Positions 60,257 through 64,000 of a stretch of DNA of 64,000 bases are shown in pieces. Positions within the stretch are counted from its first letter, which is position 1. Each line of letters begins with the position of its first letter. The DNA comes from an uncultured Acidobacteriota bacterium (GTDB lineage: Bacteria > Acidobacteriota > UBA6911), in contig CAWJKZ010000014.1 of the NCBI GenBank assembly GCA_963843575.1, forward strand, positions 64,001 through 128,000, given 5' to 3'. The position numbers and the translations under genes are program-made. Under the pieces are notes generated by a model. It saw nothing but the letters and a program-made list of their open reading frames with translations. It searched no databases and was not told the DNA's origin.

Positions 60257-61660
60257 TTGAGCAATGACTCCGTTGTGCACGATGTAGCCGTGGTCGGCAG
60301 CGGCCCGGGAGGGTATGTGGCCGCCATCAAAGCCAGCCAGCTCGGACTCAAAGTCGCCCTGATTGAAAAATACGGGAAATTCGGCGGTACCTGTCTCCAC
60401 TGGGGCTGCATTCCGACAAAAGCACTGCTGCTCAACGCCGAACTCTGGGAGCGGGCGCTCAACGGCAAAGAATTCGGGATCCTCTACAAGGACATCAACC
60501 TGGATTTCCGACTTGTGAAGGCCCGCAAGGACAAAATCGTGAAGAAGTTGGCGATGGGCACCGACTTCCTCATGAAAAAGAACAAGGTCGTCACCGTGCG
60601 CGGCAAAGCGACATTGTCCTCTCCCGGGACGCTGCAGGTCGAGGGTGAATCGGCTAGCGAGGTCCGGGCGAGGAACATAGTGCTGGCGACCGGTTCGGAG
60701 GCCAAGCTGTTCCCAGGCCTGGAGGTCGACGGCCAGGCGATCGTTACGAACAAAGAGATACTGGACCTGGACGCCATCCCCAAGTCGCTGCTCGTGGTGG
60801 GCGCGGGGGCCGTCGGGATCGAGTTCGCCTCCATCTTCGCGCGTTTCGGCACGGAGGTCACCGTCGTCGAGATGCTGCCGCGGGTGCTGCCCATCGAAGA
60901 CCCGGACATCTCGGAGGAGCTCCGCAAGGTGCTGACCAAGAGGAGGATGAAAATCCTGACGAATGCACGCCTGGAGAATCTCGCAGTCCTGGACGGTAAG
61001 GTGCAGGCCGTCGTCGCGGTGGCCGGAAGCGAGCCCAAGACCATAACGACGGACAAGGCGCTCATCGCGGTGGGGCGCAGGCCGGTGACGGATGGGATCG
61101 GCCTGGAACGCCTCGGGGTCGCGACCGCGCGCGGGTTCGTCACGGTGGATACCAGGATGCGGACCAGCGTGGCAGGCGTCTATGCGATTGGCGACGTCGT
61201 GCCGACGCAGCAACTGGCGCACGTCGCCTCGCACGAGGGGATGCTGGCGATGCGTGAGATAGCCGGCCAGGACCCCGATCCCCTGAACTACGACCTGGTC
61301 CCGAGCTGCACCTACTGTTCGCCGGAGGTGGCGAGCGTCGGACTCACGGAGAGCACCGCACGGGAGCGCGGCTACGAGGTGGTCACGTCCAGGTTCCCAT
61401 TCGCGGCCGTGAGCAAGGCGACGATCCTCGGCGAGAACGAGGGGTTCGTCAAGCTGGTGTGCGACGCCAAGTACAAGCAGGTGCTCGGCGTGCACATGAT
61501 CGGTCCGCATGTCACCGAACTCGTGGGAGAAGCCACGGCGATCATCGGGCTGGAAGCTACCGCGGAGGACGTCTCGCACCTGATCCATGCGCACCCGACG
61601 GTTTCCGAAGGGATCATGGAGGCCGCCCACGCCATCTACGGAAGCGCGATTCACTTCTGA
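60257..61660 (+). CDS. lpdA: Dihydrolipoamide dehydrogenase
   Basis: GSGPGGY, GGTCLHWGCIPTK and HAHPTVSE motifs. Confidence 0.95.
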   Translation: MSNDSVVHDVAVVGSGPGGYVAAIKASQLGLKVALIEKYGKFGGTCLHWGCIPTKALLLNAELWERALNGKEFGILYKDINLDFRLVKARKDKIVKKLAMGTDFLMKKNKVVTVRGKATLSSPGTLQVEGESASEVRARNIVLATGSEAKLFPGLEVDGQAIVTNKEILDLDAIPKSLLVVGAGAVGIEFASIFARFGTEVTVVEMLPRVLPIEDPDISEELRKVLTKRRMKILTNARLENLAVLDGKVQAVVAVAGSEPKTITTDKALIAVGRRPVTDGIGLERLGVATARGFVTVDTRMRTSVAGVYAIGDVVPTQQLAHVASHEGMLAMREIAGQDPDPLNYDLVPSCTYCSPEVASVGLTESTARERGYEVVTSRFPFAAVSKATILGENEGFVKLVCDAKYKQVLGVHMIGPHVTELVGEATAIIGLEATAEDVSHLIHAHPTVSEGIMEAAHAIYGSAIHF

Positions 61661-61667
61661 GGGAACG

Positions 61668-62387
61668 GTGACCGGGTCCGCCAAGGTCTGCTACGCCGTC
61701 CGGGTCGGGTGTGTCGAGTATGCGCGGGCGCTCGACCTGCAGATGCGCATCTGCGAGTTGAAGAGGAAAGGGTTTGGCGAGGACGTCCTGCTCCTGCTGG
61801 AGCATCCCCACACCATAACCCTCGGACGCAACGGCGACTGGCACAACCTCCTCGTATCCGACGAGGTGTTGCGGGTCCGGGGGGTGAGCCGCCACGAGGT
61901 CGACCGGGGCGGGGACATTACCTACCATGGCCCGGGGCAGCTCGTCGGATACCCGCTACTTCAGCTCGAACGACGGGAGCAGGATGTGCACCAGTATATG
62001 CGGAACCTGGAGGAGACGCTCATCCGGGCGCTCGCGGACTTCGGGATAGACTCCGGACGCCGCCACGGGTACACAGGCGTCTGGACGGCGCAGGGCAAGA
62101 TTGCGGCCATGGGGGTCCACATCAGTCGCTGGATAACGAGGCACGGCTTTGCCCTAAACGTGACGACAGACCTCTCGCTTTACGACCTCATCGTCCCCTG
62201 CGGGATTGCCGGAAAGGGCGTGGCGTCGATGGAGTCAATCCTCGGGCGCAACGTCGACCTGGAGGCCGTGGCGTCGAGGGTGGCGCTGCGGTTCGCCGAG
62301 GCGTTCCGGCGGGAGGTCGTCTGGATTCCCAGCGGCGGTTTGCAGGAAAAGCTGGACGGCTATGCTCGCGAAATCGCAACTGCGTGA
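61668..62387 (+). CDS. lipB: Octanoyltransferase
   Basis: LEHPHTITLGR, RGGDITYHGPGQLVGYP, KIAAMG, HGFALN and IVPCG motifs. Confidence 0.93.
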   Translation: MTGSAKVCYAVRVGCVEYARALDLQMRICELKRKGFGEDVLLLLEHPHTITLGRNGDWHNLLVSDEVLRVRGVSRHEVDRGGDITYHGPGQLVGYPLLQLERREQDVHQYMRNLEETLIRALADFGIDSGRRHGYTGVWTAQGKIAAMGVHISRWITRHGFALNVTTDLSLYDLIVPCGIAGKGVASMESILGRNVDLEAVASRVALRFAEAFRREVVWIPSGGLQEKLDGYAREIATA

Positions 62388-63327
62388 CCTGTACTACTGG
62401 CTTCACCTGAACCGAGCCGTCGACGACCGTCTGGCGACGCTCTACCGGACAGGCAAGGCGGTCGGCGGCGTCTACACGGGCCGCGGGCAAGAGGCGATTT
62501 CCGTCGGGACCGCCTATGCGCTGCAGGACGGTGACGTGGTCGCCCCGATGATCCGGAACTGCGGCGCGCTGCTCGTGCGCGGAATCCCGGCACGCGAGCT
62601 CCTGGCGCAGTGCATGGGCCGCAGTTCGACACCCACCCGGGGACGCGACGGCAATCCCCACGTGGGCGACCTGCGTCGGGGCATCATCGCCCCGATCAGC
62701 ATGCTTGGCGCGCTGGTGCCTGTCGCGGCCGGGGCGGCGCTCGCGATGAAGATGCGGCGCGACAATAAGGTGGCGCTCACCTACATCGGCGACGGCGGCA
62801 CGAGCACCGCCGATTTCCACGAGGGACTGAACCTCGCTGCGGTCCGCAGGCTGCCTCTGGTCGTGGTCATCGAGCACAACGGCTGGGCCTATTCCACACC
62901 GACTCGGTTGCAGACGGCCTGCACCGAGTTCATTACGCGGGCGCGCGGCTACGGGGTGCCCGGGTTCGACGTCGACGGGAACGACGTGCTGGCGGTGTAC
63001 GACGCCGCCTGCGAAGCCTTCCGGATGGCACGCGAGGGCCGGGGGCCGGTGTTGATCTGCGCGGTCACCATGCGGATGAAAGGACACGCGGAGCACGACG
63101 ACGCCTGGTATGTGCCGAGGGATGAGCTCGAATTGTGGCGGGCCCGGGACCCGCTTGCGCGCTTCGAGCGCTACCTGGCCGACGGCAATTTCCTGTCGGA
63201 CAAGGAACGCGCTATGATTCTTGACAGGGTGCGGGCGGAGGTCGAGGAGGCCGCCCAACTTGCCGAAAAAAGCCCGCTTCCCGAAGGTTCGAGCGGTCGC
63301 GGTGGGGTGTATTGCGAGCCGGTGTAG
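62362..63327 (+). CDS. 2-oxoacid dehydrogenase E1 alpha subunit (copy 1)
   Basis: GRGQEA, IGDGGTS...HEGLN and RMKGHAEHD motifs. Confidence 0.9.
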   Translation: MLAKSQLRDLYYWLHLNRAVDDRLATLYRTGKAVGGVYTGRGQEAISVGTAYALQDGDVVAPMIRNCGALLVRGIPARELLAQCMGRSSTPTRGRDGNPHVGDLRRGIIAPISMLGALVPVAAGAALAMKMRRDNKVALTYIGDGGTSTADFHEGLNLAAVRRLPLVVVIEHNGWAYSTPTRLQTACTEFITRARGYGVPGFDVDGNDVLAVYDAACEAFRMAREGRGPVLICAVTMRMKGHAEHDDAWYVPRDELELWRARDPLARFERYLADGNFLSDKERAMILDRVRAEVEEAAQLAEKSPLPEGSSGRGGVYCEPV

Positions 63328-63346
63328 CATTTCCGGGTTTTAGGGG

Positions 63347-64000
63347 ATGAGGATGATTGAGAATCGAGCCGGCGTGCTGCTAAGCGGTCTGCCCGTGCAG
63401 TCCGTCGACCGCGAAACACACAGGCGCATGTTTTACTACATGGTTCTGACCCGGGAGCTCGAGGATCGCATTGAACGGAAACTGTACCGGCAGGGCAAGA
63501 TCGTCGGCGGCGTCTACGTCGGACGAGGCCAGGAGGCCATCGGCGTCGGATCGGCCATTCAGACCCGTCCGCAGGACGTGATCTGCCCGTCGCACCGCGA
63601 CATGGGGGCTTTCCTGATCCGGGGGATGACCCCTGCCCGCGTCCTGGCGCAGTACATGGGCCGCAAGGACGGCTACACGCGCGGGCGCGACGGCAATATG
63701 CACATGGGGGATCTCAGCCTGAATATCATCGCCTTCGTCAGCATGCTGGCCGACAACGTCCCGGTCGCGGCCGGAGTTGCCCTCTCGGCCAGGATTCGGC
63801 GCGAGGACCGCGTGGTCCTCTGCTATTTCGGTGATGGCGCCACGAGTCGCGGGGACTGGCACGAGGGCCTGAATTTCGCCGCCGTTCAGCGTCTGCCGGT
63901 CGTCTATATCTGCAACAACAACGAGTACGCCTATTCGACGCCGCTCGAGCTGCAGATGGCGGTGGAAAACGTCGCCGACCGGGCCGTGGCTTACGGGATC
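63347..64000 (+). CDS. 2-oxoacid dehydrogenase E1 alpha subunit (copy 2, runs off the window)
   Basis: Open frame not in the ORF track: LYRQGKIVGGVYVGRGQEA...FGDGATSRGDWHEGLNFAAV...NNEYAYSTP. Confidence 0.88.
   Translation, partial: MRMIENRAGVLLSGLPVQSVDRETHRRMFYYMVLTRELEDRIERKLYRQGKIVGGVYVGRGQEAIGVGSAIQTRPQDVICPSHRDMGAFLIRGMTPARVLAQYMGRKDGYTRGRDGNMHMGDLSLNIIAFVSMLADNVPVAAGVALSARIRREDRVVLCYFGDGATSRGDWHEGLNFAAVQRLPVVYICNNNEYAYSTPLELQMAVENVADRAVAYGI

Overview
GC-rich bacterial chromosome segment. The gene content and style resemble Acidobacteriota, but this is an inference. It contains about 60 CDS, three CCA-encoding tRNAs (Val-TAC, Lys-TTT, Glu-TTC) and no CRISPR array or rRNA. Layout: (i) 0-5 kb, two orphan Leu/Ile/Val-type solute-binding proteins, a chorismatase-like Rid protein and a DAHP synthase lacking a regulatory domain; (ii) 5-10 kb, housekeeping genes (RlmI-like methyltransferase, cca, TPR protein, lepB); (iii) 10.7-23.5 kb, an accessory tRNA-studded region with an ECF sigma/anti-sigma module, uncharacterised secreted proteins and remnants of a tyrosine integrase, an ECF sigma and an IS701 transposase; (iv) 23.5-41 kb, metabolic genes (amidohydrolases, bshA, kgd, a Ser/Thr pseudokinase, a pentapeptide protein, TerB, a symporter, cnoX, a Gfo/Idh/MocA oxidoreductase); (v) 41-48 kb, three periplasmic adaptors plus a MacB-like permease with no ATPase; (vi) 49.8-59 kb, an Fe-S/redox cluster with nuoB-nuoD lacking nuoC, a radical SAM enzyme, a Fur/ferritin-like fusion, a lone nuoI and a di-heme peroxidase; (vii) 59-64 kb, xdhC, lpdA, lipB and two tandem E1-alpha genes. 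About ten apparent single-base insertions break otherwise intact genes and are probably sequencing errors. All assignments come from motif recognition by eye; no database searches were run.
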